Source of the DNA: an uncultured virus (IMG/VR IMGVR_UViG_3300025626_000022)
Lineage: Duplodnaviria > Heunggongvirae > Uroviricota > Caudoviricetes > Crassvirales
Virus record (IMG/VR): IMGVR_UViG_3300025626_000022
DNA length: 20,000 nucleotides
Direction: 5' to 3' (one strand)
The position numbers were made by a program, and so were the translations under genes. Shown one piece after another: positions 8,947 through 15,393 of this stretch (position 1 is its first letter; every line of letters starts with the position of its first letter). The notes below the pieces were generated by a model. The model made no database searches and was not told where the DNA came from. It worked only from the letters and a program-made list of their open reading frames with translations.

Positions 8947-9315
8947 TTAATTGAAATACGCTTTACCCGAAAAGGGCGCGCTAAATGTTAGTTGTACTTG
9001 GTCAGTATTTATATATTTTACATTACCTATCATTACCACGTTTGAATCACTAACAACTGTCACAGAGGGATATTTGTTTAAACCATGTGACACATATCTA
9101 GTAGCTTCAGGTATTGTAGCATCTCCCCATACTCTTAAAGGTATGCTTTGGTTAATGATAGTAGAATTTTCTTCAATTACATACCCTGCCAATATCTCTA
9201 ACGATGTATTCTTTGTATTGAATCCTACGGTTGAGGAATCTACATCCGATATAGTTATCTCATCTTTTGAATTTAATGGAGCTTTCTTAAAAGGATATGT
9301 AGTTATTATTGGCAT
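8947..9315 (-). CDS. Small structural protein, putative fibre adaptor
   Basis: 122 aa. N-terminus MPIITTYP..D...I.D...TK resembles that of 3205..5052; C-terminal HGLNKYPSVTVV..V...V.YI...QVQLTFS.PFSGKAYFN resembles the C-terminal domain of 7433..8938. Confidence 0.75.
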   Translation of the reverse strand: MPIITTYPFKKAPLNSKDEITISDVDSSTVGFNTKNTSLEILAGYVIEENSTIINQSIPLRVWGDATIPEATRYVSHGLNKYPSVTVVSDSNVVMIGNVKYINTDQVQLTFSAPFSGKAYFN

Positions 9316-9402
9316 TTATAAGTATTTAATTTTCAGCTTAGCTGTTAATATAACATATCACATAAAGTTTAAGTTATTTACATATATTAATAGTATAATT
9401 AG

Positions 9403-9448
9403 GGTGACAAATGCCCCTTATTATTAGCTCTAAGGGGCTAATGTCACC
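9403..9448. repeat. 18-bp imperfect inverted repeat (operator/origin/hairpin candidate)
   Basis: GGTGACAAATGCCCCTTA (9403-9420), 10-nt spacer, TAAGGGGCTAATGTCACC (9431-9448); 15/18 positions complementary. Confidence 0.85.
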
Positions 9449-9652
9449 TTTTTATTAATTATAAGAAATATAGAAGTTTAGGGTTGCCCCCCTCCTAATC
9501 TATTTACGTGCTTAAACAAAAATGCAATATTCTAAGCGGGTCCCCGTTCCATATTTGATTTCGTTTTCATTTATATATATGAGTGCGTTGCTTGATTTAA
9601 TCGATGCATCGACATTCGGTGTCCCACATTTTAGACTTTTTCTAGAACTATA

Positions 9653-9685
9653 TTACAATGTAGATACGATTGTATATAGATAATA
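9653..9685 (+). promoter_or_regulatory. 33-bp repeated motif copy 1 (putative phage promoter)
   Basis: TTACAATGTAGATACGATTGTATATAGATAATA. Confidence 0.7.
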
Positions 9686-9714
9686 ATATCAACTAACAAA
9701 TAAATAAAAACAAT

Positions 9715-9798
9715 ATGAAAAAATTAAATAATATAAATATAATAATGCCAGTGATAATGATAACTTATGAATTAATATTCTTAATAAATATAGTGTAG
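9715..9798 (+). CDS. Putative 27-aa hydrophobic peptide
   Basis: MKKLNNINIIMPVIMITYELIFLINIV*; A-rich leader directly after motif copy 1. Confidence 0.4.
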   Translation: MKKLNNINIIMPVIMITYELIFLINIV

Positions 9799-9913
9799 AC
9801 TAATTAATAATATATCACTCACTATAATAAACATCTGATATTCAGGGTAAATTATAGAGAAGTCGCGCGATACACCTAAGAACTAAAACTAACATACAAA
9901 CAAAGTTACACTC

Positions 9914-9946
9914 TTACAAACTAAATACGACAACAACAAGATAATA
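9914..9946 (+). promoter_or_regulatory. 33-bp repeated motif copy 2
   Basis: TTACAAACTAAATACGACAACAACAAGATAATA. Confidence 0.8.
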
Positions 9947-9988
9947 ATAATAACTAAACTAAATATAAATAAATAAAATAAAATAAAT

Positions 9989-10225
9989 ATGAAAACTAAT
10001 AAACTAACAACAAAAAGATTTGTAATCAGAAAGTCTTTACTCGGTACAAATACTGTAATCACTTTCACTAACAAAAAAGATATAACTTTCACTTATGATC
10101 ATGACGAGATTTACTCAACATTTCAAGAAAAGTTTGAATCAATGAGTTGCTTTCAAAACTACAAAAGTTATACTAATTCAAATACAGTTCCAAAATTCTG
10201 TAGAGAATTAAGTGAAATATCTTAA
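9989..10225 (+). CDS. Hypothetical early protein
   Basis: 78 aa ORF with A-rich leader downstream of motif copy 2. Confidence 0.8.
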   Translation: MKTNKLTTKRFVIRKSLLGTNTVITFTNKKDITFTYDHDEIYSTFQEKFESMSCFQNYKSYTNSNTVPKFCRELSEIS

Positions 10226-10235
10226 AACTAAAAGT

Positions 10236-10389
10236 CCAGTTAGTTACTTGTTTACTGGTAAATCAAATATGAATAAGTAAAAGTCGATGTTGATAGTAAT
10301 ACTTTAACGACTATAAATAACACGAACATATTACTCAGCACATAACTGAAATGGTTGGAAGTGAGATTCGATTTCTCACTCAGTTACAA
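10236..10389 (+). ncRNA. Putative structured RNA with tRNA-like (T-arm) 3' part
   Basis: Intergenic. Stems CCAGT/ACTGG, TTACTTGTTT/GAATAAGTAA, AGTCG/CGACT, TAACTGA/TCAGTTA and GTGAGA-TTCGATT-TCTCAC (T-loop-like). Confidence 0.45.
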
Positions 10390-10416
10390 ACTAAAAACGA
10401 CAAAGTGTCGATAATA
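10384..10416 (+). promoter_or_regulatory. 33-bp repeated motif copy 3
   Basis: TTACAAACTAAAAACGACAAAGTGTCGATAATA. Confidence 0.8.
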
Positions 10417-10442
10417 TAATAAACTAATTAAAATAAATAACT

Positions 10443-10643
10443 ATGTATAATCCAAATAATCCTTCAAACTGGTCTTGGTCAAAAGCTTTTGACGAAATGA
10501 ACCAAACAGTAAATCAAGCTGAACTTACTCAACAATGTATAAACCATGTTCTAAATTATCCTGGTGAAGCTAACGGTGTTTTCATGACACTAAACAAAAC
10601 TCAACAAGATGATGTTTATGAACTACTAAATCAAATATTATGA
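10443..10643 (+). CDS. Hypothetical early protein
   Basis: 66 aa ORF after motif copy 3; ATGA-coupled to next ORF. Confidence 0.75.
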   Translation: MYNPNNPSNWSWSKAFDEMNQTVNQAELTQQCINHVLNYPGEANGVFMTLNKTQQDDVYELLNQIL

Positions 10644-10852
10644 GTACTAAAGTAATAAAAGGTAGTTATAATTTAAATACTACAATAGATAAAATAGCAA
10701 TGTCAGAATTTAAAATGCACTATTATCAACTTGGTGACAATGAAAAACAATGGTGTAATGATGAAATGATAAATAATCCTAAGTGGTTAGCTCCTTTTTG
10801 GAAACAAGAAGGTTATGTACCTGAAAGCTCAACTTGGCTAAATAATAACTAA
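10640..10852 (+). CDS. Hypothetical early protein
   Basis: 70 aa ORF, ATGA overlap. Confidence 0.7.
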   Translation: MSTKVIKGSYNLNTTIDKIAMSEFKMHYYQLGDNEKQWCNDEMINNPKWLAPFWKQEGYVPESSTWLNNN

Positions 10853-10866
10853 TAAATAAAATAAAT

Positions 10867-11025
10867 ATGATAGATAACTATGAATTTGAAATATACTATG
10901 GTGAGATAGAAGAACCACTATATTTAACTAACGATAAAAACTATATTTGTGACGACATGAGAGATTTCATGGAAGAACTAGGAATAGTAATGGAAGAAGT
11001 AATATATAAAGTACAAGTAATATAA
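10867..11025 (+). CDS. Small acidic hypothetical protein (52 aa)
   Basis: Manual translation MIDNYEFEIYYGEIEEPLYLTNDKNYICDDMRDFMEELGIVMEEVIYKVQVI*; A-rich leader; fills the gap before motif copy 4. Confidence 0.7.
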   Translation: MIDNYEFEIYYGEIEEPLYLTNDKNYICDDMRDFMEELGIVMEEVIYKVQVI

Positions 11026-11057
11026 TACAAACTGAATACGATAACTAATAGATAATA
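11025..11057 (+). promoter_or_regulatory. 33-bp repeated motif copy 4
   Basis: ATACAAACTGAATACGATAACTAATAGATAATA, ATG 5 nt later (11063). Confidence 0.8.
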
Positions 11058-11062
11058 ACAAT

Positions 11063-11311
11063 ATGAAATATACAAACACAGACAACTTAACAGCAATCAA
11101 TTATGGTGACGGTGAAATCAAACTCATGATCTTCAACAAACATAAATCTCCTTATGGTTATTCACCTCGCGACTTAGTTGTCTCACTGTTCAGTGTTTCA
11201 ACAAAAGAATTTACGTACAATTATGTACAACAAGAAGTAGACAAAGTGTATTCTACTTTTAACTACGACGAAATACACGAATTACTAACTAAACTAAAAA
11301 ACAATATATGA
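11063..11311 (+). CDS. Hypothetical early protein
   Basis: 82 aa ORF; ATGA-coupled to next ORF. Confidence 0.75.
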   Translation: MKYTNTDNLTAINYGDGEIKLMIFNKHKSPYGYSPRDLVVSLFSVSTKEFTYNYVQQEVDKVYSTFNYDEIHELLTKLKNNI

Positions 11312-11568
11312 AAAAACTATTAATATCTGTAGGTGCATTTATACTAATGTCATCAACAGTAAACAAAACAAAATATCCTTCTGATCAACTATGTTTCGCT
11401 ATGTTAAACGTAAGTGAACTAAAAGATTGGGTGTGGAATGACTTACAAAATGGTAAAATATCACAACAACAAGCAGAAAATTATAATGAATTACTTGAAG
11501 AAACTTATATTTTTATAGCTGATTATTACAAACATTTACCTGATGGAACTTTAGTAGATAACTTTTAA
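11308..11568 (+). CDS. Hypothetical exported protein (signal-peptide-like N-terminus); paralogue of 17884..18189
   Basis: MKKLLISVGAFILMSS; core NVSELKDWVWNDLQNGKIS. Confidence 0.7.
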   Translation: MKKLLISVGAFILMSSTVNKTKYPSDQLCFAMLNVSELKDWVWNDLQNGKISQQQAENYNELLEETYIFIADYYKHLPDGTLVDNF

Positions 11569-11579
11569 AAATAACTAAT

Positions 11580-11804
11580 ATGATACTAACTAATAAAGAA
11601 AAAGACGAAATTACTTGGAGAGTAGTTGACTCACTATACGAAAAACTAGCTAATGAGCTAGAATATGAACTTGAAGATCACAATGACTTCATAGAAACTA
11701 ACGATGAATTTATGGATTTATTCAATGAAATGACTATAAAAATAGTAAAGTATATGAGAAGTGAATTATTTCAACCAATGACTAACGAAGATTTAAAACA
11801 ATAA
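11580..11804 (+). CDS. Small acidic hypothetical protein
   Basis: 74 aa, D/E-rich helical. Confidence 0.75.
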   Translation: MILTNKEKDEITWRVVDSLYEKLANELEYELEDHNDFIETNDEFMDLFNEMTIKIVKYMRSELFQPMTNEDLKQ

Positions 11805-11805
11805 T

Positions 11806-11976
11806 ATGACAGAACAACAAAAAATAGAAGCAATCGCTAATGATATACAGAATGGTGTCTACGGTTGGACACAGAAATGTGGAACAGAGTGGCAGAAGTG
11901 GACATACTCACTAATGCAAGCAAGAAAAATATATGACGGTGAATTAATAATAGATTTAAGTATAGAAAATGAATAG
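11806..11976 (+). CDS. Hypothetical protein (56 aa)
   Basis: Manual translation MTEQQKIEAIANDIQNGVYGWTQKCGTEWQKWTYSLMQARKIYDGELIIDLSIENE*; tiles the gap between flanking ORFs. Confidence 0.7.
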   Translation: MTEQQKIEAIANDIQNGVYGWTQKCGTEWQKWTYSLMQARKIYDGELIIDLSIENE

Positions 11977-12160
11977 AGATAGAGAATGGGATTTTATAGA
12001 TGATGAACTACAACAAATAGAAGATAATAGATCTTTACTAGCAACTTTTGCACTAGTAGTTAAAGAACTAGCTATAAAACACCCTAATAACCAAGAACTA
12101 GGTGCAGAAGTAAGACAATTAATACAAGATTACAAACTAAATACGAACACTAATAGATAA
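11969..12160 (+). CDS. Hypothetical protein
   Basis: 63 aa with a K.HPNNQELGAEVR motif; 3' end runs through motif copy 5. Confidence 0.7.
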   Translation: MNRDREWDFIDDELQQIEDNRSLLATFALVVKELAIKHPNNQELGAEVRQLIQDYKLNTNTNR

Positions 12161-12162
12161 TA
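12130..12162 (+). promoter_or_regulatory. 33-bp repeated motif copy 5
   Basis: TTACAAACTAAATACGAACACTAATAGATAATA, ATG 5 nt later (12168). Confidence 0.85.
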
Positions 12163-12167
12163 ATAAC

Positions 12168-12311
12168 ATGAAAACAATTAAATTTTACCCAAGCGACAGA
12201 TCACTAATAAGATTAGACGGTCAAATGCTAAAAGGCTATACTATTAATAATATACCAGACGACTACACAAGCTGGTTTAACTATAAAGGCTTAACTTACA
12301 TAACAAGTTGA
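12168..12311 (+). CDS. Hypothetical protein (47 aa)
   Basis: Manual translation MKTIKFYPSDRSLIRLDGQMLKGYTINNIPDDYTSWFNYKGLTYITS*. Confidence 0.7.
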   Translation: MKTIKFYPSDRSLIRLDGQMLKGYTINNIPDDYTSWFNYKGLTYITS

Positions 12312-12321
12312 CAAACAACTG

Positions 12322-12367
12322 ACGAAATGTAGCTCATACTTAACCGGTATGGGCTTTTCGTGGTATG
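12322..12367 (+). promoter_or_regulatory. Conserved RNA hairpin leader element copy A (terminator/attenuator-like)
   Basis: ACGAAA...AGCTCATAC-TTAACCG-GTATGGGCT-TTTCGTGGT-ATG. Confidence 0.7.
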
Positions 12368-12808
12368 AAATGTAACCACAATATTCCACAAGCAAGATTA
12401 GATTTAGGATATACTGTCTGTGTCGAGTGTTCAACTGAAGAAAAACTCGGTTGTATTGACACTATCAACCATAAAACTGGCAATACTGTTCAAGTAATGT
12501 CACGTGAAGATGCAGACAAAGCTAGTAAGCTTACAAAACGAGCAGGTTTTGGTATACTAAGATCTATGGCAGGTGGTTCAAGTCAACGTAAAGCTAAGTA
12601 TAAATACGATGGATGCTCAACTACTTATGTAGGTAACGACGTAATGTTCGAGCAAATAGGTAAAACTTACATCGATTTCTTAGATGTTGACAAAGAAATT
12701 GCAGAGCGCTATCTCGATCGAGCGCTAAACAACTTAGAAATATCTCAATTACAATATAATAAGATAAAGCTAGTTTGTTACAATCTAAATACGATCACTA
12801 TTGGATAA
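12365..12808 (+). CDS. Hypothetical protein with N-terminal DksA/TraR-like zinc-finger motif
   Basis: MKCNHNIPQARLDLGYTVCVECS resembles the IP.ARL....C..C of C4-type DksA/TraR fingers; 147 aa. Confidence 0.6.
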   Translation: MKCNHNIPQARLDLGYTVCVECSTEEKLGCIDTINHKTGNTVQVMSREDADKASKLTKRAGFGILRSMAGGSSQRKAKYKYDGCSTTYVGNDVMFEQIGKTYIDFLDVDKEIAERYLDRALNNLEISQLQYNKIKLVCYNLNTITIG

Positions 12809-12810
12809 TA
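12778..12810 (+). promoter_or_regulatory. 33-bp repeated motif copy 6
   Basis: TTACAATCTAAATACGATCACTATTGGATAATA. Confidence 0.8.
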
Positions 12811-12824
12811 TATATAAATAATAT

Positions 12825-12971
12825 ATGAATAAAATAACAAAACAACTCGAAAACTTGTATTCTTGGACAAAATTCTATCAAGATCGAGGTAATAAAGAAG
12901 CAATTAGAAAATGTCAAACTGAAATCGCACAGTTGAAACAAGCGTTTAACAAATTAAAAACTAAAAAATGA
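12825..12971 (+). CDS. Hypothetical protein (48 aa)
   Basis: Manual translation MNKITKQLENLYSWTKFYQDRGNKEAIRKCQTEIAQLKQAFNKLKTKK*; ATGA-coupled to 12968. Confidence 0.7.
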   Translation: MNKITKQLENLYSWTKFYQDRGNKEAIRKCQTEIAQLKQAFNKLKTKK

Positions 12972-13258
12972 AAGATACTAACGCTATCGAACAAGCATTG
13001 AAAGATAAATGCAAAAAAGAAATAAGCAAAGTAGTTAATGTATTTATGAATGAACTTGAAACAAAAATTAGAGGTGAATATAATTCAGCTAGTTACTATG
13101 ACTTTACGCCTCCTAATAATGAAAATAAAGCTAAATTCCACGTAATGGGTACTTCACAACTAGAAAATGTGCTATTTAGAATGATCTCAAATGCTCATCT
13201 TGAATCTATGGTTGCTTTAAAATCAAAAGAATTAATTAAAAAACTTGAATTAGTATGA
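12968..13258 (+). CDS. Hypothetical protein
   Basis: 96 aa ORF, ATGA overlaps at both ends. Confidence 0.75.
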   Translation: MKDTNAIEQALKDKCKKEISKVVNVFMNELETKIRGEYNSASYYDFTPPNNENKAKFHVMGTSQLENVLFRMISNAHLESMVALKSKELIKKLELV

Positions 13259-13596
13259 AAAATAGAACACTAAATGAAATTAGACAATCAAAAGAGTTTC
13301 AAATTGCTAAAGCTAATGCAGATCTACAAGCGGAAGTAGCTAAAAACACTAATAAAAACCCTTTTGAACACGAAGAAGTAGATAAAACTATTGATCAAAT
13401 TGTAGAAGACTTACAACCTGTAATATATGATACTATATTTGAACTAATTTGTAATGAAATGGGTACAAAATATGTATTTGACTCATCAGAATACTTAACT
13501 GAATCAGGTTTAGAACTATTTGAAGACGAATGGTTCGAGTTTTATCATGAAAATCATGGTAAAATAATGCATAAACTACTACAAAACTTAAAATAA
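13255..13596 (+). CDS. Acidic hypothetical protein
   Basis: 113 aa; acidic C-terminal half weakly similar to 11580..11804. Confidence 0.75.
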   Translation: MKNRTLNEIRQSKEFQIAKANADLQAEVAKNTNKNPFEHEEVDKTIDQIVEDLQPVIYDTIFELICNEMGTKYVFDSSEYLTESGLELFEDEWFEFYHENHGKIMHKLLQNLK

Positions 13597-13748
13597 TGAA
13601 CTACTCATTAAACTTTTTAAAACAAACGGCAAGTGATTACGATATACCTTTAAACGAGGTAAAACGTATTAGAGAAAACAATAATAGATTAGATTTCTAC
13701 AACGCACTTGAACAATATTTAATAAATAAACGAAAAAACTTAAAATAA
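13596..13748 (+). CDS. Hypothetical protein (50 aa)
   Basis: Manual translation MNYSLNFLKQTASDYDIPLNEVKRIRENNNRLDFYNALEQYLINKRKNLK*; TAATG overlaps at both ends. Confidence 0.7.
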   Translation: MNYSLNFLKQTASDYDIPLNEVKRIRENNNRLDFYNALEQYLINKRKNLK

Positions 13749-13945
13749 TGAAGAAATTTAACGGAATGGAGTCACATCTTATAATAGATGCACTTACTTT
13801 TTATGTAGCTCAAGTTGAAAGCGATATATTACAGATGGAAAAAGAAGGTAAAAGATCTATATTTGCACCAGGTTTTTATACTAATATATCAAAAGAGTTA
13901 AAAGATAAAGTAAAATCTATGACTAAAAAACAAATTACAAACTAA
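13748..13945 (+). CDS. Hypothetical protein
   Basis: 65 aa; stop codon lies inside motif copy 7. Confidence 0.75.
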   Translation: MKKFNGMESHLIIDALTFYVAQVESDILQMEKEGKRSIFAPGFYTNISKELKDKVKSMTKKQITN

Positions 13946-13967
13946 ATACGAACACTATAAGATAATA
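13935..13967 (+). promoter_or_regulatory. 33-bp repeated motif copy 7
   Basis: TTACAAACTAAATACGAACACTATAAGATAATA, ATG 5 nt later (13973). Confidence 0.85.
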
Positions 13968-13972
13968 TAAAT

Positions 13973-14194
13973 ATGTTATACGATAAATTAAAACCACATA
14001 TCAAAGCCAAATTGAAAGAAAACGCTAAAGAGTATGAATCTGTAAACTGGCTATTTGATAAACTAAAACAAAAAGACAATTACTCTGACTTAACTATTGA
14101 CGAGCTAAGATCTGTTTGTACATTTGGCGATGTATGGTATCATGATCTTACTCAGTCACAGCTTATATGGGGTGAATGGCTAATAAATAAATAA
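13973..14194 (+). CDS. Hypothetical protein
   Basis: 73 aa ORF immediately after motif copy 7. Confidence 0.75.
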   Translation: MLYDKLKPHIKAKLKENAKEYESVNWLFDKLKQKDNYSDLTIDELRSVCTFGDVWYHDLTQSQLIWGEWLINK

Positions 14195-14196
14195 AT

Positions 14197-14547
14197 ATGA
14201 ACGAAGAAAAACTAGCTTTAGAAACATTAAAAGCACTAGGTGCTAAAGATACATCAAGTCCATCTCAAATAAAAAGAGGTACAACTTGCTTTACATTACC
14301 AACAGGTGACTGTATATCTGAACACAAAACAGGTTACATTAGAAAAAATCTACTACATAAAACTGGTGGAATATATACTTGTTATCAACTAAATCCACAA
14401 TATAAGACAATTGAAAAGTCTATAAACTGGAATGGTAAAGAAGTTGAATTTGAAAGAAACAACAGAATGTTGATATGGAACAGAGCTGAAAGACTAAAAA
14501 GACTTGTATTATATACAATAAAACAAATAAACAAGTCAAATGGATAA
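14197..14547 (+). CDS. Hypothetical protein
   Basis: 116 aa ORF, tightly packed, co-oriented. Confidence 0.75.
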   Translation: MNEEKLALETLKALGAKDTSSPSQIKRGTTCFTLPTGDCISEHKTGYIRKNLLHKTGGIYTCYQLNPQYKTIEKSINWNGKEVEFERNNRMLIWNRAERLKRLVLYTIKQINKSNG

Positions 14548-14632
14548 AGATAAAAGAGATTTAGCGCTAATAATGGCAGTTTTAGCGCTACTACTCTATA
14601 CAATTTTACTAACTGTCTCAATACTAAATTAA
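14540..14632 (+). CDS. Putative 30-aa single-pass membrane peptide
   Basis: MDKDKRDLALIMAVLALLLYTILLTVSILN*; fills the gap between ORFs. Confidence 0.55.
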   Translation: MDKDKRDLALIMAVLALLLYTILLTVSILN

Positions 14633-14642
14633 ATTAACTAAC

Positions 14643-15092
14643 ATGGAACCAAAAGAACCAACACAAGAAAAAATTATAGAAGCTGTAAAAAAGTATTATG
14701 GCTTAACAATAGATGAAAACGCTTATCAAAGCGCTGATGTATATGCTTACGAAGAAACAACTGCAGATGGTTATTCTGTGTATGTTGTAACTAATGACAT
14801 GAATAGAGTATGTATATCTGAAGATGTATATTACTATGAATCTGATATACCTGAAGCTATCATGGAACAAATAAATTATTCTAATGGCGACTGCACACTA
14901 TATGCAGATCAATACTTCCTAGATGATATATACTTTGATGATGTACTACTAGAAGCATTTCAAGATATAGCTGAAAGTATATATGACGAAATTATGAATG
15001 AAGACAGTGATTACAACTTTGACATGGCAGAACTGCAATGGCTAAAGGAAGAATTTACTGAATCAGAAGAGATTAATCAGACTGTTAGTTAG
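14643..15092 (+). CDS. Highly acidic protein (DNA-mimic candidate)
   Basis: 149 aa; hand count about 38 D/E versus about 6 K/R; Tyr-rich. Confidence 0.75.
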   Translation: MEPKEPTQEKIIEAVKKYYGLTIDENAYQSADVYAYEETTADGYSVYVVTNDMNRVCISEDVYYYESDIPEAIMEQINYSNGDCTLYADQYFLDDIYFDDVLLEAFQDIAESIYDEIMNEDSDYNFDMAELQWLKEEFTESEEINQTVS

Positions 15093-15110
15093 TTAATAGT
15101 AGTTTAGTTT

Positions 15111-15180
15111 CCACGAATAGCAAAGGCATAGCGCCTCGGCGTAAGCTCGTACTCAAAAGGTACGGGCTTTTCGTGGTATG
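15111..15180 (+). promoter_or_regulatory. Conserved RNA hairpin leader element copy B (terminator/attenuator-like)
   Basis: CCACGAA...AGCTCGTAC-TCAAAAG-GTACGGGCT-TTTCGTGGT-ATG. Confidence 0.7.
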
Positions 15181-15393
15181 AATAATATAAATATGATGAA
15201 AGCATTTATGTTACTAGGTGATCTAGATGCTACAAGCACAGAAAAGTTAAGCGACGCAAGAGTTGCTTACAAAGAAAGAATAGCTTTTGCTACAATGAGA
15301 GCTAGTATACCTGATTGGCAACCACCAAGTGATTGGGATAGTTTAACTAACGGACAAAAACTAGACAGACTTGATAAGTTACAATCAGTATAA
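15178..15393 (+). CDS. Hypothetical protein
   Basis: 71 aa; P.DWD.L....K..RLD motif; stop abuts motif copy 8. Confidence 0.75.
   Translation: MNNINMMKAFMLLGDLDATSTEKLSDARVAYKERIAFATMRASIPDWQPPSDWDSLTNGQKLDRLDKLQSV

Noticed and set aside
73..9427. Plus-strand ORFs 73..261, 1578..1775, 2331..2513, 3842..4060, 4642..4848, 5638..5823, 6801..7031, 8951..9427
   Set aside because: Antisense shadows of well-supported minus-strand genes with no recognisable motifs.
10308..10389. Canonical tRNA-Met(CAT)
   Set aside because: No D-arm or matching 5' acceptor strand at the right distance, A instead of U33, and an A-T pair closing the T-loop; kept only as a tRNA-like finding.
10942..10949. Bacteroidota -7 element TAnnTTTG (TATATTTG)
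   Set aside because: Lies inside an ORF with no TTTG at the -33 position; expected by chance in AT-rich DNA.
12319..12370. Hammerhead ribozyme suggested by CTGACGA followed by a hairpin and a later GAAA
   Set aside because: Stem II does not close between CUGANGA and GAAA, stems I and III are not evident, and the second copy of the element lacks CUGANGA.
14560..14590. Direct repeat TTTAGCGCTA x2 as an operator
   Set aside because: Explained by repeated Leu-Ala-Leu codons within the 30-aa membrane peptide ORF; not repeated in this form elsewhere.
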